Shown: piece after piece, positions 11,535 to 23,765 of the stretch
How the letters are laid out: each line of letters begins with the position of its first letter
Numbering within the stretch: position 1 is the first letter of the stretch
Assembly (NCBI GenBank): GCA_030295235.1
Contig: AP026162.1
Coordinates: 2,666,001-2,726,884, forward strand
Length of the DNA stretch: 60,884 nucleotides
Reading direction: 5' to 3'
Origin: Fistulifera solaris
Lineage: Eukaryota
Translations under genes and position numbers: made by a program
Notes under the pieces: generated by a model
What the model was told of the DNA's origin: nothing
Databases searched by the model: none
Seen by the model: the letters and a program-made list of their open reading frames with translations, nothing else

Positions 11535-14500
11535 CTGGCGGTGCAGCGAGTTGCGGCGGCAATGCGACAACAGACTCCTGGTAGAGCTGAATTGGACTCG
11601 CACTGTGATACTTGCTCGTTCGGTAAAGACGCCCGGTTCTCGTGTATGATACCCGGCGAAACAGTTTCGGTGGAACCATTCATTAGTTCTCTTGGGAAAG
11701 TGACCAAAGTTCCCATTGGTACAGTTGCGGTTGCATACGATTGCCCCACGACGCTGCAAACCTACGTTTTGTTCTTTCACCAGTCACTCTACTTTTCAAA
11801 CATGCATCGACACTTGATCAGCCCCGCTCAACTTCGGCACAACCAAGTCGTTGTGAATGAAACTCCTCTCCTACACCTACCTCCGGAACAACGTCGCCCG
11901 GAGAGCCATTCTATTTTGTTTTCTGAGCCAGCTCTCCAGATTCCTTTGAAACTGATGGGGACTATTTCATATTTCCCCACTCGCCGACCGACCGACAACG
12001 AACTGAGCTCGGACGTTGACTGCATCCATGTAAACGTCACCTCCGAGTCGTTCTGGGATCCTATGGATTCTAACCACGCGCATGATGAGGACTCATTGCG
12101 TGTTTCCCTTGACTCTGAGCTTCGTTTAGGGGGACAGAGGATGCTTGGTTCGGTTACGAGTGAGCGCACGTTTGTCCCGCCAGCTCGTTCGATTGCTGTG
12201 ATTTCAGCTGAGCGCGGTTCGGCAGCTTTTGACATCGATTCGTATGCTGCTTCGCTTACAAGTGCTGCAATCTCAACGAAGAACCGGAAAGCATATGTCA
12301 CACCCGAAGATTTGGCAAAACGATGGAGTATAGGGATCGAGACGGCTAGGCGAACGCCTCCAGCGAACGACGCAACGGGCAATTCGGGACTTCTCGACAG
12401 TCTCTGGAACGCTGCCGTCTCAAACCATTTGCGTACCAGCTGCGTTATCCTCGGCTTAATACGGAGATGTACTGCGACATTCTGGTCGGTACATGTGTCT
12501 CACTGCTGGGTAACAAATATGCGGCTGTGTATTGCACCCCCTTTCACTGGATATGTGTGGACCCGATTGAAAAGAAAAGCGATGCCCATTACACGCTTGA
12601 CAACTTGTTTCGTCGCGTCGGAGTCCCTCACACTTTAATTCCAGACAATGCCGGAGAGTTGACAGCAGGAGAGTTTAAGCGAAAGGCTTAACGAGTGCAA
12701 GCGACCATTAGGCCGATCGAAGCACACACGCCCAACGCCAACCTCGCTGAAGACGGCATTCGTGAATTGAAAAGGATGTATAGGCGTGCTATGATTCGCA
12801 CGAATTCCCCACGTTGTCTATGGGACCTATGTTTGGTCTACCACGCGTATGTTCGGAGCCACTCTTGTCTTTCCATAAGACAGTTAGATGGTGAAGTGCC
12901 GTAGACGCTTTTGACAGGGGACACCGCTGATATTTCACACATTTGTGAGTTCGGTTGGTATGATTGGGTTTGGTTTATCTCGCCTCAAGACGAAAATATG
13001 GAAAGGAAGCATCTTGGAAGATACCTTGGTCCCAGTTTCGATGTCGGTGATGTCCTATGTGCTAGGATCCTACCCGCTTCTGGTCGACCGATTTCCCGTA
13101 CAAGTGTTTTCCCTTTGTCAGTTGAGGAACAGAATAGCCAAGCCGTTGCTGAGTTGAAGGCAAAGTTCACGCGGACGTTGGAGCAAAAGCTGAAGGACCG
13201 AGCCATGCCCTTGGATCCGACCGAGATACCGGAAGACGAAAGCACCCCAGAGTTGGAATACTATGTTCCGACCGAGTCGCAAGATCCCGGTTCCCGAGAT
13301 AAAGGAAGCTGATGAGTTTGATTACGATTCATACAATCAATATGTCTCAGCAAGGGTAATGCTTCCGCAAGGGGACTCGATGTCGTACGGTACGGTTAAA
13401 GGTCGGAAGCACGATCAAGACGGGAATCCTATTGGCCGGTACCATCCTAACCCTTTGCTCGATACCGCTCTGTATGAGATTGAATTTGATACGGGTGAAG
13501 TGGAGGCTTATCATGCGAATCAGATCGCTGAAGCCATCTATGCCGAAGTCGATGACCATGGGCGTGCGAGTTATGTCCTAAAGGAAATAGTGGACTACAA
13601 GAAAGAGTCGACGCGGTTCCGCATGAAGAGGCATTCGTGATCCACAACAACCGAAAGTATCCTAAGCCGGACTACCAAGGGATGGAAGCTGTGTTGTCTA
13701 TGGAATGATGGCACTACTACTTGGGAGAAACTGAAAGACCTAAAGCAGTCTCACCCTTTACAGTTAGCGGAATTTGCTGTTGCGAGACAGATTGCTGAGG
13801 AGCCTGCTTTCTCATGGTGGGTTCCCTACACGCTCAAGAGAAGGACCAGGATCATCAAAGCGATGGCTAAGCGCTACTTTCGTGTTACTCAGAAATATGG
13901 AATCGCGTTGCCAAAGACAGTCGAAGAAGCATTGGCGATTGATCGCGCTACGGGAACTGACTTTTGGGCGAAGGCGATTCGCGAAGAGATGCGGCGGTAG
14001 CTAAGGCGTTTCAGATCCTTGACGAAGACGCTCCCGATCCTGCTGGTTTTACCAAGATTGGGGTTCACATGGTTTTTGATATAAAACCAGATTTCACACG
14101 GAAGGCCCGCTTCGTAGCAGGGGGGACACATGACGGATCCGCCGAGCTCGATTACCTATGCTAGTGTTGTATCGAGAGAAAGCGCGGATTGCCTTCCTAC
14201 TTGGGCGGCATTGAACGATTTGGACATTATGGCGGCAGATATTGGAAATGCGTACTTGAATGCACCAGTTCGAGAACGAATCTTTATTATTTGCGGTGCC
14301 GAATTTGGTCCACAGTTCAAAGGTCGAAAGGCGAAAATCGTGAAAGCTCTTTACGGACTGAAGAGTTCTGGAGCTGCGTGGAGGTCATATCTGAGTGAGT
14401 GTTTGCATGAGTCGTTGAGTTTTACACCTTGTCGAAATGGGATAACGATGTATGGATACGGCCGGCACAGAAAGCCGGATGGGACTAGTTACTACGAGTT

Positions 14501-15595
14501 GGTATTGGTCTATACGGATGACATCCTGTGTGTTTCTGTGGCGCCGGAAGCTATTCTATACAAGCTTGATCAACACTTTCTTCTGAAAGAAGGTTCGATA
14601 GGCAAGCCAACTCGCTACTTGGGTTCAACGATTGGTCAGCATCAATTCCCGGGTGATGAAAAGCCTTGTTGGTCGATGAGTTCGAATGAATATGTGAAGG
14701 AAGCAATACTTTAAACGTTTGTCTTTGGTTGGAAAAGCGAGATGAGGCTTTACCCAAGAAGGCGCCAAGTGTTTTACCACCGAAGTACCGTCCGGAGCTT
14801 GACATATCGCCGGGAGTGCGATGACGACGAAATCCAGTTTTATCACTCGCAGATAGGGGTTTTACGGCTGGATGGTCGAGCTTGGAAGAGTTGATATTTG
14901 TGGTGAAGTTTCGATGCTTGCGTCTCACAGTGCGATGCCAAGGAAAGGCCATCTAGCTGCGGTTGTGCATGTCTTTGCATATTTGAGGTCACATGAAAGG
15001 TCTAAGATTGTGTTCGATCCTTCAGATGTCGAAAGCACGCCAGACAACCTAGACCTGATTGGAATGACTTTTACCGAGATGCTAAGCCTATGATTCCAAC
15101 GGATTGTCCAAAGCCATTGGGTAAGCCTGTGCAAATAACGTGTTTCGTTGATGCTGACTTGGCGGGTGACCATGTTACTCGTCGTTCCCGTACAGGTGTC
15201 TTGGTCTATTTGAACAGGTCATTGACAGTATGGTACAGCAAGAAGCAAACTTCGATTGAGACGTCCACATTTGGTGCTGAGTTTAGTGCTATGAAAACGG
15301 CGGTCGAGTTAATCGAAGGTCTACGGTACAAACTACAGATGATGGGTGTGCCGGTAGAAGATCCTGCGGTTGTCAAAGGTGACAATATGTCGGTGATCAA
15401 GAACTCGAGTATTCCTGAATCAGTTCTGAAGAAGAAGTCCAATTCGGTGGCATATCACTATGCAATGGAGCGAAGGCGATGGGTATTGTTGATGTATCCT
15501 ACGAGCCTACGAAGACGAATTTGGCAGATATTCTGACGAAGATTCAAGCTGGGAATGTACGAGATCCACTGGTGAAGCGTATTTTACATCAGTGA
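11535..15595 (+). pseudogene. Pol (PR-IN-RT-RH) of copia element 2 with frameshifts and in-frame stops
   Basis: Domain motifs as above. In-frame TAA at 12689-12691 and TAG at 12902-12904 interrupt otherwise continuous integrase sequence. Confidence 0.85.
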
Positions 15596-15921
15596 TGCAG
15601 GCGATAGGTCCCGATGCACTGGTTGGGTAGTTATGTTTACTATTCCGATGGGATGAGCCTCCTGGGGATAAGTTTTTCGTCCAGGTACAGTGATTGAAGT
15701 TTCAAGTTTGATACGTGGTTTTGACGTATTTTCCACGGACAAGTCGATGTGTGGTTTTGATGTATTTTCCACATGATGAAGGATGGATTCGATGAATGAA
15801 TCGTCATGGTTTTTATGTTGTTTTTCCATGAAATAAGGGTTTATCGGTTATGAAGGACACGTTGAAGCCCTAGCTCGGGTCTCATCGTGAGGGGACCGAA
15901 ACACAAAATAAACAAAGAACA

Positions 15922-16851
15922 ATGAGCACACCGGCCGTTTGGTAGTCCAAGCCGGTGCTTGCATGCGCCATGGCGGTGACGGTCGTGTCTGTGCATTGCA
16001 GCCGAAAGATTGCCCTACAGATGCCACCTTTTGAGTGCCCGCCCGTGGTCGATGGTGGCTTGGCGCACGGTGGGGCGGTAATGACGCGTCGGGGGACGGA
16101 AGAAATTACCAAAATTGGGTTTTAAGCGGGAGGAAGGATGCACGAGTGATGCGTCCGCGTGTCAAGATCCTTCACAATTTATTGCGGTAGACGATCGTTG
16201 TACCATTCTCGCGGACGGGACACGCAACGGCGCTGCTACACTCTTTGGGAAATGCGAAACTGACTCGACCTGCTACTGGTCCAATGCGGATTGCCCTTCT
16301 TCGTGGATCCCGGCGTATGCCGAGAATAGTACGGAATGCACTTGCGACAAGGTGCGAGTCGGTGCCTGTTTCCGACAATGGCTTTTATTACTGTGCCGTG
16401 GCGTCCGAATCTTGCGACGAAGCAGCGGAATGGATCGATGCTGTCACTTTGCAGACACAAGCCGATGCTCCAAGCTGTTTTCTGTGTCGAGGCGACGACG
16501 GGACCCCGTTAGGAAACCCAGTTGCTTCGTCTCCGGCACCCACACTCGCTCCTGCTGCAGTTTCTCAACCCTCTCCTGTTGTGACAAATCCTCGCATCGA
16601 AGCCGAAACAAGAAGGCTCAAACGATCAAGCAGTGATTCTGGGAGCGACGCTGGGAAGTTTGTTTGTTTTGATTGTGTCGTGTGGCGTTGCGCTCTACCT
16701 TCGTCGTCGTCGTTCGCAACAAAGGAGCATTGCTGGAAAACGAGCGTCCGATGATCTTCCTTCCGAAAGCCCGACCGTCACGCAAATTCACGTCGATTAT
16801 CAGGGAAGACGAGTACGTTTCCGATATGGAAGACGCTTAGTTTACAACTGA
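15922..16851 (+). CDS. Cys-rich single-pass membrane protein, unknown function (several apparent frameshifts)
   Basis: Consecutive frames give GACMRHGGDGRVCALQPKDCP, CYWSNADCP...CTCDKVRVGAC and YYCAVASESC...CFLCR. A Pro/Ala stalk (SPAPTLAP) precedes the TM ILGATLGSLFVLIVSCGVALYL and an RRRR stop-transfer. Confidence 0.65.
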
Positions 16852-17222
16852 ATGAATATAATTGATGAATTGTGCTCCAAATAAGTTAAGTGCTTCATTT
16901 ATTCCTCGTCGCACTATATACTTGTACTACTGTTAACGTCCTCGCACTAATATCACAGGAGTATTGCAGTCCAAGTCGGGACTGAACTTGCTTGAGTCCT
17001 TCGATCTTTGGTGCAAACTACATTCTTTCTCATAGTACAAGTGAATTTGAATGGGAAACGATGCAGCATGCGCTTTTAGACCAAAAGACTCATCGCAACA
17101 TAGCAGTAACAATGCAAAAGCAATATATTCCACACAAGCATAGAGTTTTTTTTTAAATGATGAAGCTTTGTGAGCAACAATATTAGTCTATTCGTTACTG
17201 AAACTGATTTCAGTCGGACCTT

Positions 17223-17726
17223 GTACGACCTAAAGGACCAGTGCGATATCAAATACCCGCTTTCTCGACCCCTGAGGCAGAGACTTCTATTAGACAACAA
17301 TCATCTAACTTCTTGGTTAGTCAACCACCGAGCAAACATTCTTCGACATCACACAATATGGAAAGAGAAAAACAATCGACTCCAATTACAACTCAACTTC
17401 ACAACCCCAGAATCCAACTTACCAGCACCGACAACCATAGCACAACAACAGCAAGGACAAATCAATTCGAAGCCAGAGCAATCAAATACCACCCAAGCAA
17501 CCATACTTCCACCAGAATCGGCGCTTAAAGCGAACTAAATCTAATTATCCGGCCGATGGACCAGGCCACAAATTTCACTCCGAATCAGATGGCAGCCCCC
17601 ATGCTCATTGCATCAGTATTGTCTTGGCAATCCGTATCTAGACATCGGCTAGGGACGGATTGTGTTAATTCTGTCATAGGGATAGGAAATAAGCACGCTA
17701 AACTCTAAATTTTTAATTTTTAATTT
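17223..17726 (+). mobile_element. 5'-truncated non-LTR retrotransposon (LINE-like) 3' fragment with 15-bp target-site duplication
   Basis: TTTCAGTCGGACCTT flanks both sides (17208-17222, 17727-17741). The insert holds an open C-terminal ORF piece ending at 17538, a ~190-bp 3' UTR and a (TAATTTT)n-type tail. Confidence 0.75.
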
Positions 17727-18024
17727 TTTCAGTCGGACCTTATTCGTGTACCCATTGTACTATAGTTAAAGTTCGACTGTCATGCTTTCTGCAACGACAT
17801 CAACGCGTGACAAACACGCGCTGTTTTCGTCGCGTGCTGTAGCGACATTTTCTCATTTCATCGTCAAATACGAAGAAAAAGGATGAGAAAGATGTCAAGT
17901 CTTCGTAGGTAGACAAACTCTGTAGAATGTAACACGGATCCAGCGTTGCTACCTCTTTACAATTTACCTTGCGCGGTGCCTTGAATCGAAAACGGAAGCA
18001 ATAAAGAGTCGACAAATAGCTAAC

Positions 18025-19466
18025 ATGAAGTTCCTTTTCTTATTCGCTGCTGCTCTTTCGAGTGTTCATTCGTTCGAAGCGACGAAAGATGCCGCAAAGA
18101 AGCGAGCGCCGCTCGCTGGCTCACCACACAATCCACATGGGGAACTCTCACCACACGTCCCGAAAAGGCGTTTTTTGGACAAGATGGTGATGTCGAAACG
18201 AATGATTTGCTTGCCGTGGTTTTGCCCTTTGCCGCCGATGAAAGCAACGAAGGACGCATCTTTTTCTATCTCATGGGAGAGTCGCATTTGCATGGTTCTT
18301 CGTTGACGCTCAGTCAAGCTGCCTTGAATACGGAATTGTTTGCGGTGCCCGGATGCGGCACTCCCGAAAGTGCTGTTGATCCGCAAGATCCCCGTTGCAT
18401 CAAATTGACGATTTCCGGATCGATTCATCCGTGTTCGGCATCCCACGATGTAGGACCGTATTGTGAAGAGATTGGATGGAAGGCTTTGCTTGCCAAGCAT
18501 CCTACCATGGCGAATTGGCCCGAGGATCATGACTTCCGTGTTCATGAATTCGTCGTACAAGATTCGTTGTGGATGATTGGAAGCTTCGGTGGTGCCAGTG
18601 TCATGACACCCGAAGAATATCGTCAAGCGGCAGCTGTGGAGCACGTAATTGCGGGTGGGGAAGCCGTGACGCCCCCGATTATTCCTGCTTTCGACAAGAT
18701 TGTTCCGAAATGGAACAATTTTGCAACTCGCGCTCGTTGGATCACTCATCACTCGAAATGGAGTACAATCGCTACCGTTGTTTCGAAAAATAGTGCAGAA
18801 GAAGTGAGTTCCTCTGCTTTGTCGGTCTTTGGGAATATTCGATCGATTGCGGATGGTGTCAACTTGTCGACGAGTACGGGACGTCCGCTCTTTTACTTGC
18901 CCGACGCGGATACTTTAGCCATTAATATGAAAGCCAACGACAATCACATTGTTCTCAGTTTATCGGAAGCATCCTTGGCGGAACGCGTGAGCGACGGAAG
19001 AGCGTGTGGAGGACAAGAACTACCCCTCTGTGCGCAAGTCGCCTTGTACGGAAAGGCGGTCCCTGTGGAATTCAATCACGATATCGCCACGCAATTCCAG
19101 CACACGCATCCGTTGGCGTCGTGGATGGCGGAAGGTGGTTCCCACATGTCAGGATCGTATTACACGATTGATCTTACTAAGGTCGTTATTTTGGATTACT
19201 TTGGAGGCTTTCACGAAGTTGGGGTGGATGATTATTTGAACACGAATTTGTCGTTTCTGTTGGAGAATGGAGTTTCACAGGCCGCATTGGATCGCCCCTC
19301 TTGGTTCAGCGGCCATCCGATCGTGTGGATGATGGCCGGCTTTCTGTTGGGATGGCTTCTATCACGTTACATGGTTCGCCCTGTTAGTGGACCGCAGTAT
19401 CGTACGGTTGCTGATGCGTCCAAAACTAATGAGACCATGGAGATGGAAGTGGATACGGAGGCATAA
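18025..19466 (+). CDS. CREG-like (split-barrel FMN-binding fold) protein with two tandem domains, signal peptide and C-terminal TM; one apparent frameshift near 18100
   Basis: Signal MKFLFLFAAALSSVHS. Domain 1: ARWLTTQSTWGTLTT...DPQDPRCIKLTISG...KHPTMANWPEDHDF...FGGA. Domain 2: ARWITHHSKWSTIAT...FGNIRSIADG...TGRPLFYL...HPLASW...LDYFGG. TM PIVWMMAGFLLGWLL. Confidence 0.8.
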
Positions 19467-19614
19467 CAAAATTAAATCTATTTGCATGAGAGAATCAATA
19501 AATACGGAGTAATAATAAACTAAAATACTAAAAACTTTAAAAAAAAAACTATCGGATGGCAAAATAAAAACGTTCTCTTTTCGTCGACTTTGTCGGCGTT
19601 GCAAGCCTCGACCA

Positions 19615-20343
19615 CTAAGGAGAACATGTAACACAGAAATGGTTGCCCATCGGAGTGCCAGGGTGAGGACAACTAGTCCCAAGAAACATGTCTCCCTTTT
19701 CCGCTCCAGGTGAGACATCCTTCCACGCGCACAGGTCTTGGTTGAACGACGCAGCACGGTTGAACATTTGTATCATGACGTCAACCTTTTCTGTGTTCCA
19801 TGCACTAATGTCCTGGTTAAATGCGGTAGCAACGGCAAACACACCAATCATATTGACAACATTCCCAGTATCCCAGTCGCGAATGTCTTGATTGAATGAT
19901 GTGGCCCCAGCAAACATTGCAAACATGTTCGTGACAGCTGATGTGTTCCAATTTGCAATATTTTGGTTGAAAGATGTAGCACCAGCAAACATTCGAGTCA
20001 TGTCGGTGACCGCGGACGTGTCCCAGTTCGCAATGTTTTGGTTAAAGGATGTAGCAGCCGAAAACATTCCGCCCATGGAAGTAACTCGTGACGTATCCCA
20101 ATTGCCGATGGGTTCGTTGAAAGCATTTGTATCTTCAAATAGGAGGTTAAAATCTGTCACTCTCGACACATCCCAGCAGTTGGGAATCGGGCCCGTCGGC
20201 GATGTTTCATAATCGAGAATGGCTTGTCGAAGATTGGCAGTTTCGTTAAAAACTCTTCTTCCGTCTGGACAAGATCGATCACGACAAGGAAGAAAACAAG
20301 TTGTCCGCGCAAAGAGAGAGAACGGAGATTGATAGAATTTCAT
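19615..20343 (-). CDS. DUF285/BspA-type leucine-rich-repeat-like protein, 6 repeats, intact (242 aa)
   Basis: 25-aa repeats WDTSxVTxMxxMFxxAxSFNQxIxx with Cys-containing N-cap (LPCRDRSCPDG) and C-cap (LCAWK...CPHPG...FCVTC). Confidence 0.9.
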   Translation of the reverse strand: MKFYQSPFSLFARTTCFLPCRDRSCPDGRRVFNETANLRQAILDYETSPTGPIPNCWDVSRVTDFNLLFEDTNAFNEPIGNWDTSRVTSMGGMFSAATSFNQNIANWDTSAVTDMTRMFAGATSFNQNIANWNTSAVTNMFAMFAGATSFNQDIRDWDTGNVVNMIGVFAVATAFNQDISAWNTEKVDVMIQMFNRAASFNQDLCAWKDVSPGAEKGDMFLGTSCPHPGTPMGNHFCVTCSP

Positions 20344-21864
20344 GCTTTTATGAAGTAATTGTTGTAACCACACGAGTTCGATCGTTGTATAAGCGCCGAT
20401 GAGGCGACTAATACTACAACAAACAACTACAAGTGAAGACTTAACACCAAGTAAATCTAAACAATTCAGAAAGAATGATCGGATGGCTTCGATCACTTCT
20501 TTTCCGCCTTGTTCTTACCGCGGTATCGTTTTACTATAATCAATCCACATGTCTTCTCCAGTCACGAGTGGAATAATCCGCTCTCCCGTCACATAACTGG
20601 CTTATTCCACGTGACTCGCTTCTCACTATCCTTAATGCGCTTCGTGCTCTTAGTCTTGTTTTGATGACTGCTTTCACTACGGCCGCTGTAGACTTCGAGT
20701 GGGTTTCTACGCCTTAGTTTGCGCGCTGCAGAGAGAAGAAATAGCCCTAGAACCTTACTACGCAATTTTTTATCGTACCGCACAGGATCGAAGTTTTAAC
20801 CGAAACCTAACGATGCTTACACACTAGAAATAAGAATGAATAGCCGCCGTCTCTAAAGGCTAGTAGTCGACCGCATCCTAACTTAATAAGACTATGCAAA
20901 GCCTATGTTGACATCTGCGACAAAGGTCACCGTTTATTCATTTTGGCGCATCAATTGAACCTTCAGAAGCTTATGTGATGGCCAAAAGCGACTGCCTCAT
21001 CGATTATCGAACGCAGGCGTCGTTAGGCGCTTTAGCTAAGGGTAAAAATACTAGAATGATCAGCTAGAGCTCTAATGATAAATGATAAACCAGTTTCCGC
21101 GTCCTCGTTTGATAAGAAGCTATCGAAGATATCATTCAGCTTTCTCTGAAGTAAAGACAAGTTCGAATCAAATTTCCGTTGCCCGACTCCCACTTTTGTA
21201 CGATTTACTCCTGGAAGGCACGTGAAATTATCGAGTTTTAAAATTCGGAACCTGTGCAGATTTGCTGCAGTTGCTTCTGTTCGTTCTCTTTTGTTCGTTC
21301 TAATGACCGTTCAAAGACCGACTCATGTCACGTTAAACTCGTGGACGCTGCTTTTACACGTTGTGCCAACGATGCATTTGCCTTCGCTGTGTGTTTTATA
21401 TGCTGTGATAGCTTTGGCGTAAGCATTCTTAGTGAAGTTGTTTTTCTTCATTCGCTATCTTTTTCAGCATAAAGTTCGGCGATGGGTATTTGAAGACAAA
21501 GTATGAACGCCTTTCCAGTGCAGATCGTATTGATGCATGGCGGGCAAGATAGTGCGAGTTAATGGGATCTATGCGACGAAGGACGACTTTGCATTATTAA
21601 AGTCATTCTTGCCGCAACTAGTGCACGGTTTTCTCATGGTTTTCTTTTCGTGACAATACCTCATTTTTTGGCTTACCAGGAGTATGTTGATGTGGCGGGC
21701 GCCCGTGAGAGGCGGAAAAGTTAAGGTTAAGGACATGAGAAAGCATACTACGTACTGGTACACATCATAATGACTAATGACAATGACGTACCAGTACAAG
21801 AAGAATTCTATCAGTGTCTAACGACATAAGGTTAACAGAGATTCTGTATGAATTTTAAAAATTG

Positions 21865-23765
21865 ATTGCGGTCAAACAAAGACTCCGTGGTCGTTCCAGA
21901 AATTCAGAAATCAGTGTTTTTGGTCAAACAAAGATTCTGTAGTCGTTCCAGAATTTCTGGAATAGGTACAAGTAATTTGGATCAAACAGCGATTCTGTGG
22001 TGGTTCCAGAACTTCTGGAATCGGTAATTGCAATCAAACAGAGATTCTGTGGTCGTTCCAGAAATTCTGGAGTAGCTGTTCCGAGTAATACAGAAATTCT
22101 GTAGTTGTTCCAGAAATTCTGAAATCGTTAATTGGGTCGAGCAGAGATTTTTTGGTCATTCCAGAAATTCTGGAGTTGGTAATATGGATCGAACAGAGAT
22201 TCTGTAGCAGTTCCAGAAATTCTGGAATTGGCAATTTGGATCAAACAGAGATTCTGTGCTCGTTCCAGAAATTCTGGAATCGGTAATTTGGATTAAACAT
22301 AGTCTAGATTCTGTGGTAGTTCCAGAAATTCTGGAATCAGTGTTTTTGGTCAAACAGAAATTCTTTGGTCGTTTCAGAAAATCTGGACTAGTTGTTTCGA
22401 GTAATACAGAAAGTCTGTGGTCGTTCCAGAAATGCTGGAATCGGTAGTTTGGAGCAAACATAGATTCTTGATCGTTCCAGAAATTTTGGAATCAGTTTTT
22501 GGTCAAACAGAGATTCTGTGGTCGTTCCAGAAATTCTGGACTAGTTGTTTCGAGTAATACAGAAATTCTGTGCTCGTTCAGGAAATTCTGAAATCGTTAA
22601 TTGGGTCGAAAAGAGATTTTTTGGTCGTTCCGGAAACTCTGGAGTTGGTAATATGGATCGAACAGAGATTCTGTGGTCATTCCAGAAATTCTGGAATCAG
22701 TGTTTTTGGTCAAACATAGATTCTGTCGTAGTTCCAGAAAATCTGAAATAGGTAATTTGGATCAAACAGAGATTATCCGGTCGTTCCAGAAATTCTGGAA
22801 TCAGTGTTTTTGGTCAAACATAGATTCTGTCGTAGTTCCAGAAACTCTGGACTAGTTGTTTCGAGATATACAGAAATTCTGTGGTCGTTCCAGAAATTCT
22901 GGAATCGGTAGTTTCGAATAATGCAGAAATTCTGTGGTCAAATTCTGGACTAGTTGTTTCGAGTAGTACAAAAATTCTGTGGTGGTTCCAGAAATTCTGG
23001 AATCGGTTATTTGGATCAAACAGCGATTCTGTGGTGGTTCCAGAAATTCTGGAATCGGTAATTGCAATCAAACAGAGATTCTGTGGTCGTTCCAGAAATT
23101 CTGGAGTAGCTGTTCCGAGTAATACAGAAATTCTGTAGTTGTTCCAGAAATTCTGGAATCGGTAATTTGGATCAAACAGAGATTCTGTGGTAGTTCCAAA
23201 AATTCTGGGATCAGTGTTTTTGGTCAAACAGAGATTCTCTGGTCGTTCCGGATTACGGTCATACAAAATCTGTGGTCGTTCCAGAAATTCTGGAATCGGT
23301 AATTTGGATCAAACAGAGATTCTGTGCTCGTTCCAGAAATTCTGGAATCGGTTATTTGGATCAAACAGCGATTCTGTGGTGGTTCCAGAAATTCTGGAAT
23401 CGGTAATTGCAATCAAACAGAGATTCTGTGGTCGTTCCAGAAATTCTGGAGTAGCTGTTCCGAGTAATACAGAAATTCTGTAGTTGTTCCAGAAATTCTG
23501 GAATCGGTAATTTAGATCAAACAGCAATTCTCTGGTCATTCCAGAAATTCTGGAATCGGATATTTGGATCAAACGGAGATTCGTCTGTCGTTCCAGAAAT
23601 TCTGGAATCGTTAATTTGGATCAAACAGAGATTCTCTGGTCGTTCCAGAAATTCTGGAATCGGTTATTTGGTTCAAACAGAGATTCTCTGGTCGTTCCAG
23701 AAATTTTGGAATCGGTAATTTGGATCAAACAGAAATTCTGTGGTCGTTCCAGAAATTCTGGAGGA
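21865..23765. repeat. Tandem satellite, ~52-bp unit, roughly 35 copies, with palindromic core TTCCAGAA-A-TTCTGGAA
   Basis: Consensus TCAAACAGAGATTCTGTGGTCGTTCCAGAAATTCTGGAATCGGTAATTTGGA is read repeatedly. Several variant sub-units recur in blocks. Confidence 0.95.

Larger units (their letters stand above)
9343..15895 (+). mobile_element. Second Ty1/copia (CoDi-type) retrotransposon, defective; 5' boundary uncertain, no matching 3' LTR found
   Basis: Gag from ATG 10120, then PR (RAELDSHCDT), IN, RT (LVYTDD, ALYGLKSSG) and RH (DADLAGD, STFGAEF, GDNMSV) ending at 15595. A PPT-like GAGGGGA at 15889-15895 is followed by unrelated sequence. Confidence 0.88.

Noticed and set aside
21865..23765. 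CRISPR array (palindromic repeat plus variable spacers)
   Set aside because: The linkers are short, mutually related and recur in blocks. There are no cas genes and the context is eukaryotic, so this is a satellite.
21865..23765. Heat-shock element array or protein-coding repeat
   Set aside because: The GAA-A-TTC spacing is one base short of the canonical nGAAnnTTCn. The 52-bp unit is not a multiple of three and its ORFs cycle through frames.
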